From contig CAYQMG010000045.1 of the NCBI GenBank assembly GCA_964418585.1, positions 721-64,720 of the forward strand: DNA of 64,000 nt, read 5' to 3'. The notes beneath the pieces are model-generated. The model saw only the letters and a program-made list of their open reading frames with translations. It was not told the origin of the DNA and did no database searches. The first letter of the stretch is position 1. Each line of letters starts with the position of its first letter. The position numbers were made by a program, and so were the translations under genes. The stretch is from an uncultured Gammaproteobacteria bacterium (GTDB lineage: Bacteria > Myxococcota_A > UBA796 > JAJRTE01). Below are positions 20,060 through 28,777 of the stretch, piece by piece.

Positions 20060-21718
20060 ATGCGGCCAGCAACCGCCCTTCCCTTGCCGATGCTCTTTTG
20101 GCTTGCGTCCGTTCTGTGGTCAGCGCTCCCGTCGTGCCAGCCCGAGGACACTTCGCCGGTGCTGGAGGTGGGGTTCGTGCTCCCCGAAGATTCGAGTTTC
20201 CTCGGGGAGGTGTCCACGTACACGGCTCAAGTCACCTACTCCGGCGGGGAAAAGAACGGCATGCTCCTCGAGACCACGTTCCCGGCCGGGTCTGTGGACG
20301 CGGTGTTCGACGGCCTTCCCCCCACCGGTGAAGGCGAAACGGTGCAGATCCACGTGGAAGGACACGCGACCGGGGACGGGGCGGAAGCGCCGGTCATTAC
20401 ACGGGCCACGTCCGGACCGCTGACCCTTGCGGCGGGGAGTGCAACCCGGGTAAGGCTTTTCCTCGGGCAGGTCGGGGCGGTCAACATGCTGGTATCGCGG
20501 TTGCCTACCGGCGCAATGGGCCAGGTCGCGGTCAGCTTTCCAGACGGCACCACCTTGATTGCCGGCGGGATGGACAGGAGCGGCAACCTGACGCCGGACA
20601 CCACCTGGTTCGACGACGGCTTCACAGGGCTCGAGTTCGGGCTGGTGACGCCGGGTCCCCCTCTTTCGACGCCTCGAATGCACCACGTGGCAGCGCTCCT
20701 GGATGAATCCGGGCAAGACGGCCCTGTGCAGGCCGCGCTCCTGGGCGGAGACACGTTTGAACGCTTGACGCTCACCGATGTGGAGGGCCTCCAGGTTCCG
20801 AGTATCGACCTGGGCGGCCCGGCTCCCCTGGCATCGGTGGAAACCCTGACGCCGGGTGCCGACGGGTTCGAGGCCGGTCCCCCGCTCCGGTCGCCTCGAG
20901 CGTACGCCACGGCCTTGCAACCTTCCTCGTCCACGGTGCTCCTCTGTGGAGGGATCGAGTCCCAGGAAGGAAGTTCTGCGATTTCCGATACCTGTGAGCA
21001 CTGGCGCGCCGATGGCACCACCAACACTTTCGGCCTTCACTACCGCCGCGTGCTCCATCAGGCGACGTGGCTTCGGAGCGGTGAGGTACTGCTGACCGGC
21101 GGGACATCGGAGCCCTTGCTGTCGCCGGAATCCCTGTTGCTCGAGAACGAGGTGTTCGATCCGGAGGCGCCCTCCCCTTCTCGTGCCGGCTTCCTCCTCT
21201 ATCCGAGGGTGGGCCACCAGGCGGTGGTCATTCCGGGCACGGACGGCGAAGTGCTTGTGACCGGGGGGTACACTCGAGAACCGACCCCATCAGGCGCGGC
21301 GTTCCGCCTCACCCTTGCGGAATACGCGGAGATCTACCAGCCGGAAAGCGCGTCCTCCCGGCCGTTCGTCCGAGGTCCGGCCATGCAGTGCCCCCGAGCA
21401 TTTCACAAGGCTGTTCCGGTCGGCGACGGGTTGGTGCTCATCGTGGGCGGAATCGGGGCCGATGGTCACAGCTTGCCCCCGCCCGAACTCTATGATCACC
21501 TTGCCAATGATGGAGCAGGCGCTTTCCTTCTCCTGGACGACTCGGATACCCTGTGCGGACAGGGGGTGGAGGCGTCCGGCCCACTCCTCTCCGTGAACGG
21601 CCCCACGGCCTCGAGGCTCAGTACCGGGGACGTGTTGATTGGGGGTGGAGACTGGAACCCTGGCAACGGCGGGGGTGCTGACGATGCAGGGCTGGCCGTG
21701 TTCGTTGCACCGCGGTAG
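20060..21718 (+). CDS. Kelch-repeat (beta-propeller) lipoprotein
   Basis: Signal peptide with lipobox (LWSALPSC). Multiple Kelch-like repeats with GG doublets (LIAGGMD, ALLGGD, LLCGGIE, LLTGGT, LVTGGY, LIVGGIG, LIGGGD). Confidence 0.65.
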   Translation: MRPATALPLPMLFWLASVLWSALPSCQPEDTSPVLEVGFVLPEDSSFLGEVSTYTAQVTYSGGEKNGMLLETTFPAGSVDAVFDGLPPTGEGETVQIHVEGHATGDGAEAPVITRATSGPLTLAAGSATRVRLFLGQVGAVNMLVSRLPTGAMGQVAVSFPDGTTLIAGGMDRSGNLTPDTTWFDDGFTGLEFGLVTPGPPLSTPRMHHVAALLDESGQDGPVQAALLGGDTFERLTLTDVEGLQVPSIDLGGPAPLASVETLTPGADGFEAGPPLRSPRAYATALQPSSSTVLLCGGIESQEGSSAISDTCEHWRADGTTNTFGLHYRRVLHQATWLRSGEVLLTGGTSEPLLSPESLLLENEVFDPEAPSPSRAGFLLYPRVGHQAVVIPGTDGEVLVTGGYTREPTPSGAAFRLTLAEYAEIYQPESASSRPFVRGPAMQCPRAFHKAVPVGDGLVLIVGGIGADGHSLPPPELYDHLANDGAGAFLLLDDSDTLCGQGVEASGPLLSVNGPTASRLSTGDVLIGGGDWNPGNGGGADDAGLAVFVAPR

Positions 21719-21784
21719 AGGAGACCGAAGTCGGCGGGCCGAGACCTTCCACCTCCTGCACGGGACCTCCGGGTGAACGCGCGG

Positions 21785-22261
21785 TCAGCGGGCATACTCG
21801 GCGACCGCGTCACAGGCGTTGTCCGTGCCGCTCTTGAGGCGGAGGTTGGTGAGGATGACCTCGTCGGTCTGGAGCTTGCACTGCTCGTCCTGCTGCGAGG
21901 TGATGTCCTCGTAGGCGCGACGACACTGGACGAGTTCGTCGTCCGAGAACGGCACGCCGCAGGAATCGAACACGTCGGCCATGCGGTCACAAAGTTTCTG
22001 GCACTCGTTCTTGCAAGCAACGCTGAACAGGGCGCTAGCCGCCAGGAGCGCAAGGACCGCCGGAGACCGCCAACGCCTGGGTGCAGCCGTGCTGAAGTGC
22101 GTCGCACCAGGGAGCGTCTCCAGTTTCGGCGAGTTGCCGGAATTTTCTGCACAGGTCACGCCGTTGCTCGTAATCTCGCTCACGTGTGTCCACCACTGCG
22201 TCGAAATCCCTGAGAAGAGCTTCGAAGCAGGTTGCCTTGCAACAGGATCGTAGCTCGTCAC
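21785..22261 (-). CDS. Cys-rich lipoprotein, paralog 1 (start uncertain)
   Basis: Signal peptide RRWRSPAVLALLAASALFSVAC followed by a Cys-rich domain (C-x3-CQKLCD...). The signal-peptide codons overlap the 3' end of paralog 2 in another frame. No canonical start codon lies immediately before the signal peptide; the table ATG at 22261 gives a 64-aa N-terminal extension. Confidence 0.4.
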   Translation of the reverse strand: MTSYDPVARQPASKLFSGISTQWWTHVSEITSNGVTCAENSGNSPKLETLPGATHFSTAAPRRWRSPAVLALLAASALFSVACKNECQKLCDRMADVFDSCGVPFSDDELVQCRRAYEDITSQQDEQCKLQTDEVILTNLRLKSGTDNACDAVAEYAR

Positions 22262-22541
22262 AGGTGGGATTCAAGAAGTCTTGCTCACACCGCCTGGCCT
22301 CGTAGTCAGCTTGCTGCCTCAGATTCTGCGGATCGCTGGTGCCAGGCTCGCAGCGGTCCGGATGGTATCGGTCGTGCGCTGCGAACAGGGCGCACCGGAG
22401 GTCCATCTGGTAAAAGGACTCGCACAGACGTTGACACCGGTTGGGGGTGCAGGCCATCCAGCTCGAGCAGAGCGAGAGGATTGCGAGCGGTACCAGGTAG
22501 CGAGGCCACGGCACGACGGCACCCTCCACGGGCCGGTTCAT
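22035..22541 (-). CDS. Cys-rich lipoprotein, paralog 2
   Basis: Start at MNRPVEG. Signal peptide with lipobox (LAILSLCSSWMAC). About 10 Cys, with a shared C-x3-CQRLCE motif. Similar to paralog 1 (C-x3-CQKLCD). Confidence 0.5.
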   Translation of the reverse strand: MNRPVEGAVVPWPRYLVPLAILSLCSSWMACTPNRCQRLCESFYQMDLRCALFAAHDRYHPDRCEPGTSDPQNLRQQADYEARRCEQDFLNPTCDELRSCCKATCFEALLRDFDAVVDTRERDYEQRRDLCRKFRQLAETGDAPWCDALQHGCTQALAVSGGPCAPGG

Positions 22542-22650
22542 GGGCTGGGCAGGCCCGGACGCAAGGGCGCGGGGTTGCCCCGAATGGAGACACGGGCCGA
22601 TTCGGCCGGCGGAGTACCGGCAAGGTCGACCGCCCATTCGGGGGGAATTC

Positions 22651-22683
22651 TGTCACGACGCCTGTCAGGCGTCAAGCCTGTCA
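22651..22683. promoter_or_regulatory. Inverted repeat GACGCC-TGTCA-GGCGTC with TGTCA triplet in the divergent intergenic region
   Basis: TGTCA occurs at 22651, 22663 and 22679. A perfect 6-bp inverted repeat (GACGCC/GGCGTC) flanks the central TGTCA. It lies between the Cys-rich lipoprotein gene and the radical SAM gene. Confidence 0.3.
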
Positions 22684-22773
22684 TCCTCCTCGACGGACCT
22701 GGGAGGCGCTGGTATACTTCAAATTCGATTCGTGAATCATGCCTGGTCCGGCGCAAGGTGGCTCGAAGGGGCG

Positions 22774-23607
22774 ATGAGGGAACCCATTCACTGCGGCGTG
22801 TTGCAGATCGAACCGACCGACGTGTGCAACCTTCGGTGCCGGATGTGCGCCCCTCAGCTCGAGGCGTCGAGGACCGTGCACGGGTCGGTTCCCAAGGGGT
22901 ACATGTCCCTGTCCGTGCTGCGCCGGATTGTGGAGGGCATTGCACGCAGTCCCGTGCGGTTCGACCACCTGATCTTTCAGTGGCTGGGGGAACCGACCCT
23001 GCACCCGCGCCTGGTGGACATGGTGAGCCTGTGTCACGAGCGTATCCGGGACCGCTTCGACTACTTCCGGATCGACACGAACGGGGTGGCACTGACCCCC
23101 GAGAAGATAGACGGACTGGTGGAGATCTACGAGCGGGATCGCGGGTTTCCGCTGCTTATCGTCTTCTCTCTGGACGCGGTGACCGAGGCCACTTACCGAC
23201 GGGTGAAAGGAGCGCCTCGAGGTACCTTTTCACGGGTCCTGAAGCACATTGATCACCTGCTGGACCGGCGGGCGGCGTTGAAGGGGGAGCCGGTGAACCT
23301 GAACCTGGAGTTTCAGTTCGTGCTCCAGGGCGGGAATGCGCACGAGACGCGGGCGTTCCTGGAGTACTGGGACCAATACCTGGCCGAGGGGCGACGAGGG
23401 GTCGGGTACAACGAGGTGATGATCAAACGCCTCAGCGTGGCGGCAGGAGGGGAAGGGCAACGGCGGGCGGACGAACTTTACGACGAGACGATGCGGATTT
23501 TTGGGATCCGGCCGTTCGACAAGCCGCACATTCACCTGGCGACCTGGAAGGACAGGACATGGGAACGGGACGTCGCCCCTGCCCGGGGCTCTGGAAAACC
23601 CCTGTAA
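22774..23607 (+). CDS. Radical SAM protein (CxxxCxxC core), N-terminal and core part; apparently truncated by a frameshift
   Basis: Start at MREPIHCGV. Radical SAM cluster motif CNLRCRMC. The ORF ends at 23607 after ...TWKDRTWERDVAPARGSGKPL; the SPASM-like continuation is in another frame. Confidence 0.65.
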   Translation: MREPIHCGVLQIEPTDVCNLRCRMCAPQLEASRTVHGSVPKGYMSLSVLRRIVEGIARSPVRFDHLIFQWLGEPTLHPRLVDMVSLCHERIRDRFDYFRIDTNGVALTPEKIDGLVEIYERDRGFPLLIVFSLDAVTEATYRRVKGAPRGTFSRVLKHIDHLLDRRAALKGEPVNLNLEFQFVLQGGNAHETRAFLEYWDQYLAEGRRGVGYNEVMIKRLSVAAGGEGQRRADELYDETMRIFGIRPFDKPHIHLATWKDRTWERDVAPARGSGKPL

Positions 23608-23897
23608 TCCGATGGGATGGCCAGCTCACCGTATGCTGCGCGGATGTGCGGGGCCAGATCGAGGTCGGCAACGTGGCAGAGGCAGACTTTGACACACTCT
23701 GGAATGGACCGCGCATGACCCGGTACCGTATCTGGCACATTCTGGGCCAGTTTGACCGCATGCCTCTGTGCGCCGGTTGCGGTGGCATCAACTTCTATCG
23801 AATGACCGATGACGAAATTCGGGCCTATCTTGCCCGGATTGGTCGTCTGGACCTGTTTCCTCGCTATCTCGCCCGCATGAAGGAGGCGGGGGAATAG
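23559..23897 (+). CDS. SPASM/twitch-domain C-terminal fragment of the radical SAM protein (different frame)
   Basis: RPCPGLWKTPVIRWDGQLTVCCAD and PLCAGCGG are classic SPASM auxiliary-cluster motifs. It overlaps the upstream rSAM ORF by 49 nt in another frame, so this is either a frameshifted gene (pseudogene or sequencing error) or programmed frameshifting. Confidence 0.55.
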   Translation: MGTGRRPCPGLWKTPVIRWDGQLTVCCADVRGQIEVGNVAEADFDTLWNGPRMTRYRIWHILGQFDRMPLCAGCGGINFYRMTDDEIRAYLARIGRLDLFPRYLARMKEAGE

Positions 23898-23906
23898 GCG
23901 GAACTC

Positions 23907-24929
23907 ATGGGGACCTCGCCAACCGATCCCGACGATCGTTTCCTGCTGTGGGTGGGGTTTTCCGCGCTGCTCCATCTGGCTGTTGCCGCCGCACTGCCAG
24001 GTCCGGGAACGGGGTTGACCGTCCAGCAGGCGGATTTCACGGTGCAGTGGGTGGCGCTCGCCACCCCTGTCCCGGCGGCTGCGTTTCCGAGGCATGAGGA
24101 GACCGCGGAGCCGGAGGCGACCGTGGCGACGGCGCCGAAGCAGGTGGACCGCGCGCCCTCGGTACCGCGGGGTTCGCGCCAACCGAATGTCCGTGCGAAC
24201 GCGGGTCGGCCGGAGCCGAGGCAGTCGGATTCGGCCGAGGTATCTGCAGGGAAACTGCCGGAGGCGGTGCTGTCTCCAGAGCGTTGGCCGGGGCTGTCCA
24301 TGCGTGCGACCGACTCGAAGTTGGGGAGCGCGGGAGGGGATCGGCGTGGGGAGGGATCGGATGGCTCTGGATGGGGCGACGGGACCGGCCGCGGCACGGG
24401 GTTGGTTCCGATTCCTGTGGTGGAACGGCGTATCGAGGAGGAGGGGCGGCGCGTTGTGGCCCGGGATCGCGTGGCTCGAGGCCTGGTTTCTCCGGAATTG
24501 AACGCAGTGTCGACCCGCATGGAGTCTGAATGGCGGGTGACCCACGAGGACCTGCAGCGGTGGCCGGTACGCCCGGAGACTCGAGTGGAGTACTACACGC
24601 CGGAGGGAGCGGGTGAGGATGTGCCGGCCACATCCTGCACATACCAGCGTTACTCGCTGGCCCGGGTGCGGGTGACCATCGACCGGGACGGGTCGCTGGT
24701 ATCGTCCGAGATCGTCCGGTCCTCGGGCAGCCGCCGGCTGAACCGGGAGGTGCTGGACCTGGTACGCAAGTCGGCTCCGTTTCCGCCGCCACCCGAGTAC
24801 GAACTGGATGCCTCGGGCACGGTATCCGGGGTGTGGGATGTGGGGGTGAGAGACTACAGTCGATCGTCCTGCTTCTTTTTTCACCGCAGCAAGGTAGTCA
24901 AGGACATCGTGTTCCTGGGTTCCTACTGA
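23907..24929 (+). CDS. TonB C-terminal domain protein (energy transducer TonB-like)
   Basis: N-terminal TM (FLLWVGFSALLHLAVAAAL). Pro/Ala-rich linker. C-terminal TonB-C motif (YPELARRLGIEGTV-like: RVTIDRDGSLVSSEIVRSSGSRRLNREVLDLVRKSAPFPPPP). Confidence 0.65.
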   Translation: MGTSPTDPDDRFLLWVGFSALLHLAVAAALPGPGTGLTVQQADFTVQWVALATPVPAAAFPRHEETAEPEATVATAPKQVDRAPSVPRGSRQPNVRANAGRPEPRQSDSAEVSAGKLPEAVLSPERWPGLSMRATDSKLGSAGGDRRGEGSDGSGWGDGTGRGTGLVPIPVVERRIEEEGRRVVARDRVARGLVSPELNAVSTRMESEWRVTHEDLQRWPVRPETRVEYYTPEGAGEDVPATSCTYQRYSLARVRVTIDRDGSLVSSEIVRSSGSRRLNREVLDLVRKSAPFPPPPEYELDASGTVSGVWDVGVRDYSRSSCFFFHRSKVVKDIVFLGSY

Positions 24930-24984
24930 GAGATGGCGCCGGGCCGGGAACCGATACCGGGTGACAAGAAGGGGGAGGTCGCGG

Positions 24985-27900
24985 TCAACCTCTTCGGAGA
25001 GAGACCAGCAACCGCACCTCGGGCCGGGAGTCGAACCGGGCGCACATGGCCGATGACATGTCCCTCCGGATTTCGTGGATGAGCTTGAATGCCTCGTCCA
25101 CGTGGCTCCGGACCCGGGACGGTTTGCGGTTCATGGAGGCCAGCCGGGCGCTGAGTGCGAGTGCACGAAGCAGGAGGAGGCGGAGCCCGACCGACTTGAG
25201 GCGCGGCCGGATGTCGGCGAGGACGCTCCATGCCTCGTCGCGTTCGCCACGGACCACCAGACCTTCTGCGAGGAACAGGTCGGCTTCCAACATGCCCGGC
25301 ACGTCCCCCAGTTTTTCCGCAGCGGCCACGCCCCGCCGGATGGTGAGGATACCGTTCCGAAGCGATCCTGCATGGATGAGCGCCGAGCCGGAGAATCGCT
25401 GGGCACGTGCCTGAAGCGCCCGGTAGTGGCCTGCGTCGGCCTGTTCCAACGCTTCTCCAAACGCGACGAGCGCCATCTTGGGCTTGCCTCGAGCCAGGGC
25501 CAACTGCCCCATGAGAAGTTGCCGCACACACCGCACATGCTGGTGGGGCCTGCGCTTGAGCAACTCTGCCACCTGGTCCAGCATCTTTTCCGCCCGGTCC
25601 AGGTCCCGCAGCTCGAGAGCCACGGCGGCGGTGGCGACGGCGGCGGCGGCCACATCGGGTTGGTGGCCGACCTGGCGCAAGGCGAGCACGGTATTGGAAG
25701 CCAGGGAGAGGGCCGAGACGAGGTCGCCGGTGGCGGCGTGCACCAGAGCCTCGTCTCCCTGGCAGACGAGGTGGAACGTGTCATGTCCCCAACTTCTCGA
25801 CAGGTTGGCCGCCTCGACGAAATGCCGAGCTGCCTGCCGAAGCCGGCCCTCGTGGAACGCGATCAGTCCCAGCCCGTGCACGGCGCGGCTCGAGAGGCCG
25901 GGGTCGTTGAGCTTGTTTGCTTCAGTGAGGGCGTCTGCAAAGAGCTTTCTGGCGGGTTCGCATTCCCCGAGGTAGCACATGCTGAGGGCCATGTCCGCGG
26001 TGGTCCGGACCAGGGCGTCGCGGGCGCCGCTTCGACGCTGGACCTTGGCAGCTTCCCCGTATTGAACGCTTGCTGTACGATAGTCTCCTCTCTGCGCCGC
26101 CAGTTCGGCCAGGGTGAACAGGGCCTCTCCTTGCACATCGAGTGCGCCCTGGTCCCCGGCTCGACTCGCCGCGGTCCGGAGATGGCTCGAGGCCTTTTCG
26201 CCTGCCCCCTGCTCTCGAAGGACCTGACCCAACCGAAGATGGGCGCGCGCGGCCACCTCGGGCTCCACCCCAGGTGCACGCCTGGCAGCTTCCAGGGCTT
26301 TCTCGAGCAGAGGGGCACAGGTGTCATGGAGGCCGAGACGCAGCCTGGCCTCGGCGGCCTTGAGGAGACGGGGGGCGGCGCGGTCCCATGCCCGTCCTTC
26401 GAACAGGTGGAGGGCGGTCATCTCGAGGCTGCCGTCTTCCTGGTCGCCATGCACGGTCATCCAGGCATCTGCGGCGGCGCGATGAAGCTGCTCTGCCTGG
26501 TCCCGCTCGAGCTGTCCGAGGAGGACGCGGGCCATCCAGGGGTGGTAGAAGGCGAACAGGCCGCGACGCTCGCCCGGGATTTCGACCAGGATTCGCCGGG
26601 CCATGACCCGGTCGAGTATGTCCAGGAGTTCGTCCTCGGCCACCGGCGTCACCACGCGCAGCCATGGATAGGGGCAGGGCCGCCCCAGTACGGCCATGTG
26701 GTCGAGCATGCGCCTGGTCGGCTCCGGCAGGAGTGCCACGCGCTCGAGGAATGCGTTGCGAAAGGCCGAGGCCATTTCTGCGACCGTGTCCGACTCGTCC
26801 GGGACGAGGAGGGTCCATCCGGAGACCTCGTCGCCGGCAACGGAATGGGGTGAGAGGTCGCCGCGATCCACCATCATGCGGATGGCCTCCACGACGTGAA
26901 GGGGGTTGCCTCGAGTTTCCTCGTGGAGCACGGTTCCGACCCGGCCGAGGTCGATGTGTCCCCCCAACATGGAGTCCACCAGGCGGTCCACCTCACTGCG
27001 GTCGAACGGCTGCACCTGGAGGCTTTCGATGAGGATAGGTCCCTCGAGCCCCCACCGTTGGAGCACGTGGTTTTTCTCGGAATCTTCGGAACTGACCGAA
27101 GCCACCACGAGGACGGGGGCATGATTCGGGTCGGGATGGCGCAACGCCACTGCCTCGAGCAAGTCGATGGTGGCCGGGTCGGCCCACTGGAGGTCGCGAA
27201 GGGCGAGCACGGTGGGGGAGGTGAGCACGGCGTCGAGGAAAGCCATCAGGGCGTCTCGAAGCCGCTCGCGTTCCACGTGAGGGGAAGCGTCGCGCACTTC
27301 CGGGAAGTGAGCGGGAAGCAGTCGAGCCACGGGAGGGAAGGCCCGGGCCAGGATGGGGAGGTGATTCCCCAGCTCCACCTGGACGAGGTTGACCTCGCGC
27401 CGGAGCAGGTGATTCACGATGGCCTCGAGCAACTCCACCATCCCGTGATACGGGCCTCCTCCGCCGGGATAGCAGCGACTGCTGAACACGACAAGACCTC
27501 GGGCCCGGGCGCCAGAGAGTGCGTCGTTGACCAACTGGCCCTTTCCGATGCCGGGTTCTCCAAGGACCACGTCGATTCCCCCCACCCCGGCCTGGAGCAA
27601 GGAGATGGAGCCGGCCAGTCGTTTCCGGGCGTACTCGCGCCCCACGAATGCAGGTTCGAACAGCCGGACGGTCCGGGGTGTCTCGGTGGGCACGACTCGA
27701 GGCGCGGCCAGTCCCTCCCGTCGCCACACTTCCTCGACGAACGCCTTGAGCACGCCCTCGACCTCGCGCCCGCTTTGGGGGCGTGCCATGGGGTCCTTGG
27801 CGAGAAGTTTCAACACGATGTCGCGGAGCGGGGCCGGCACGTCGGGATAGTAGGTCTCGAGGGGGACCGGGGGGTCGTTGACGTGTTTCAGGATGTAGGC

Positions 27901-28572
27901 GATGGCCTCCTCGGCGACGAACGGGAGTTCCCCGGTCAGAAGGAGGTAGAGCACGACTCCGAACGAATAGAGGTCGGAACGGTGGTCACACGGGGCTCCG
28001 GTGACCTGTTCAGGGGAACAGAAAGCGAACGTTCCCACCCCATCCGGTCCCTGGGCTGGACGGTCTGCGTCCAACTCACGGGCGATTCCGAAGTCGATGA
28101 GCTTGACCCGTTCGTCCGGTGTGACCAGGATGTTGGCCGGCTTGAGGTCCAGGTGGACGAGGTGACGACTGTGGATGTGGTCCAGGGCACTGGCGATCTG
28201 GATGCCGAGCAGGGCGGCCATCTTGTCCCGTTCCGGCCCCGGGTCCAGGTTCCGCTCCTCCAGAAAATCGGTCAAGGACACGCCGTCCACGAACTCCATC
28301 ACCAGGTAGGGACAGCCCTCGTGAACCCCGCTGTCATAGCTCCGAATCACGTTCGGATGGTCGCACCGGGACATCGCGCGGTGTTCCCTGCGGTAGTTCA
28401 ACTGGACCGCTTCCTTGTCGATGGGTGCGTAGTGGATTTTCAGCGCGAAGTAGCGGCCGGAGCGGGTGTCCTGCACCTTGAGGACCTGGCCCATACCTCC
28501 CACGCCGATGGTGGTGACCACGCGGTAAGGACCGATTCTGTCGTCGACTGCGCCGGGATGCTGGTTGCTCAC
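24985..28572 (-). CDS. Ser/Thr protein kinase fused to STAND (AAA/NB-ARC-like) ATPase and TPR repeats
   Basis: Hanks kinase motifs (GVGGMGQV, ALK, HLDLKPANIL, DFG, SPE). P-loop GEPGIGKGQL. A long C-terminal TPR/helical-repeat region. 1195 aa. Confidence 0.85.
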   Translation of the reverse strand: MSNQHPGAVDDRIGPYRVVTTIGVGGMGQVLKVQDTRSGRYFALKIHYAPIDKEAVQLNYRREHRAMSRCDHPNVIRSYDSGVHEGCPYLVMEFVDGVSLTDFLEERNLDPGPERDKMAALLGIQIASALDHIHSRHLVHLDLKPANILVTPDERVKLIDFGIARELDADRPAQGPDGVGTFAFCSPEQVTGAPCDHRSDLYSFGVVLYLLLTGELPFVAEEAIAYILKHVNDPPVPLETYYPDVPAPLRDIVLKLLAKDPMARPQSGREVEGVLKAFVEEVWRREGLAAPRVVPTETPRTVRLFEPAFVGREYARKRLAGSISLLQAGVGGIDVVLGEPGIGKGQLVNDALSGARARGLVVFSSRCYPGGGGPYHGMVELLEAIVNHLLRREVNLVQVELGNHLPILARAFPPVARLLPAHFPEVRDASPHVERERLRDALMAFLDAVLTSPTVLALRDLQWADPATIDLLEAVALRHPDPNHAPVLVVASVSSEDSEKNHVLQRWGLEGPILIESLQVQPFDRSEVDRLVDSMLGGHIDLGRVGTVLHEETRGNPLHVVEAIRMMVDRGDLSPHSVAGDEVSGWTLLVPDESDTVAEMASAFRNAFLERVALLPEPTRRMLDHMAVLGRPCPYPWLRVVTPVAEDELLDILDRVMARRILVEIPGERRGLFAFYHPWMARVLLGQLERDQAEQLHRAAADAWMTVHGDQEDGSLEMTALHLFEGRAWDRAAPRLLKAAEARLRLGLHDTCAPLLEKALEAARRAPGVEPEVAARAHLRLGQVLREQGAGEKASSHLRTAASRAGDQGALDVQGEALFTLAELAAQRGDYRTASVQYGEAAKVQRRSGARDALVRTTADMALSMCYLGECEPARKLFADALTEANKLNDPGLSSRAVHGLGLIAFHEGRLRQAARHFVEAANLSRSWGHDTFHLVCQGDEALVHAATGDLVSALSLASNTVLALRQVGHQPDVAAAAVATAAVALELRDLDRAEKMLDQVAELLKRRPHQHVRCVRQLLMGQLALARGKPKMALVAFGEALEQADAGHYRALQARAQRFSGSALIHAGSLRNGILTIRRGVAAAEKLGDVPGMLEADLFLAEGLVVRGERDEAWSVLADIRPRLKSVGLRLLLLRALALSARLASMNRKPSRVRSHVDEAFKLIHEIRRDMSSAMCARFDSRPEVRLLVSLRRG

Positions 28573-28699
28573 GAGACACGATTCCAGTGACGGCTCGAGC
28601 GACGGTCAAGGCCACGGGAGCCGTGGGTTCGTTGTGTAGGAGCGGGGAAGGGAGTACCCGGGACTCCGCTGGCCCCACCCATGTCCCACCTGGTGACAA

Positions 28700-28752
28700 C
28701 AGAGCGATTCTATAGCTCAACAGGCCCATCCTGCAATAAAATTGCAATCCCT
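28700..28752 (-). promoter_or_regulatory. Candidate sigma70-like promoter with AT-rich palindrome upstream of the kinase gene
   Basis: On the minus strand: TTGCAG-N16-TATAGAAT. Perfect palindrome TGCAAT-AAA-ATTGCA at 28732-28746 overlaps the -35 region. It is about 150 nt upstream of the kinase ATG (28572). Confidence 0.3.
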
Positions 28753-28777
28753 GGTATCGAATGGTGCGCCTGCTTTG

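Noticed and set aside
22440-22460. C-T-P-N-R (CxPxR sulfatase/anSME target-like motif) in Cys-rich lipoprotein 2
   Set aside because: Only one of the two paralogs has it (the other has CKNEC), and the proteins are not sulfatase-like. It is probably coincidental, though it is worth remembering given the adjacent SPASM enzyme.
25075-28590. Two long plus-strand ORFs (592 and 564 aa)
   Set aside because: They are antisense to the 1195-aa Ser/Thr kinase gene, which has clear Hanks motifs. Both are G/E/H-rich.
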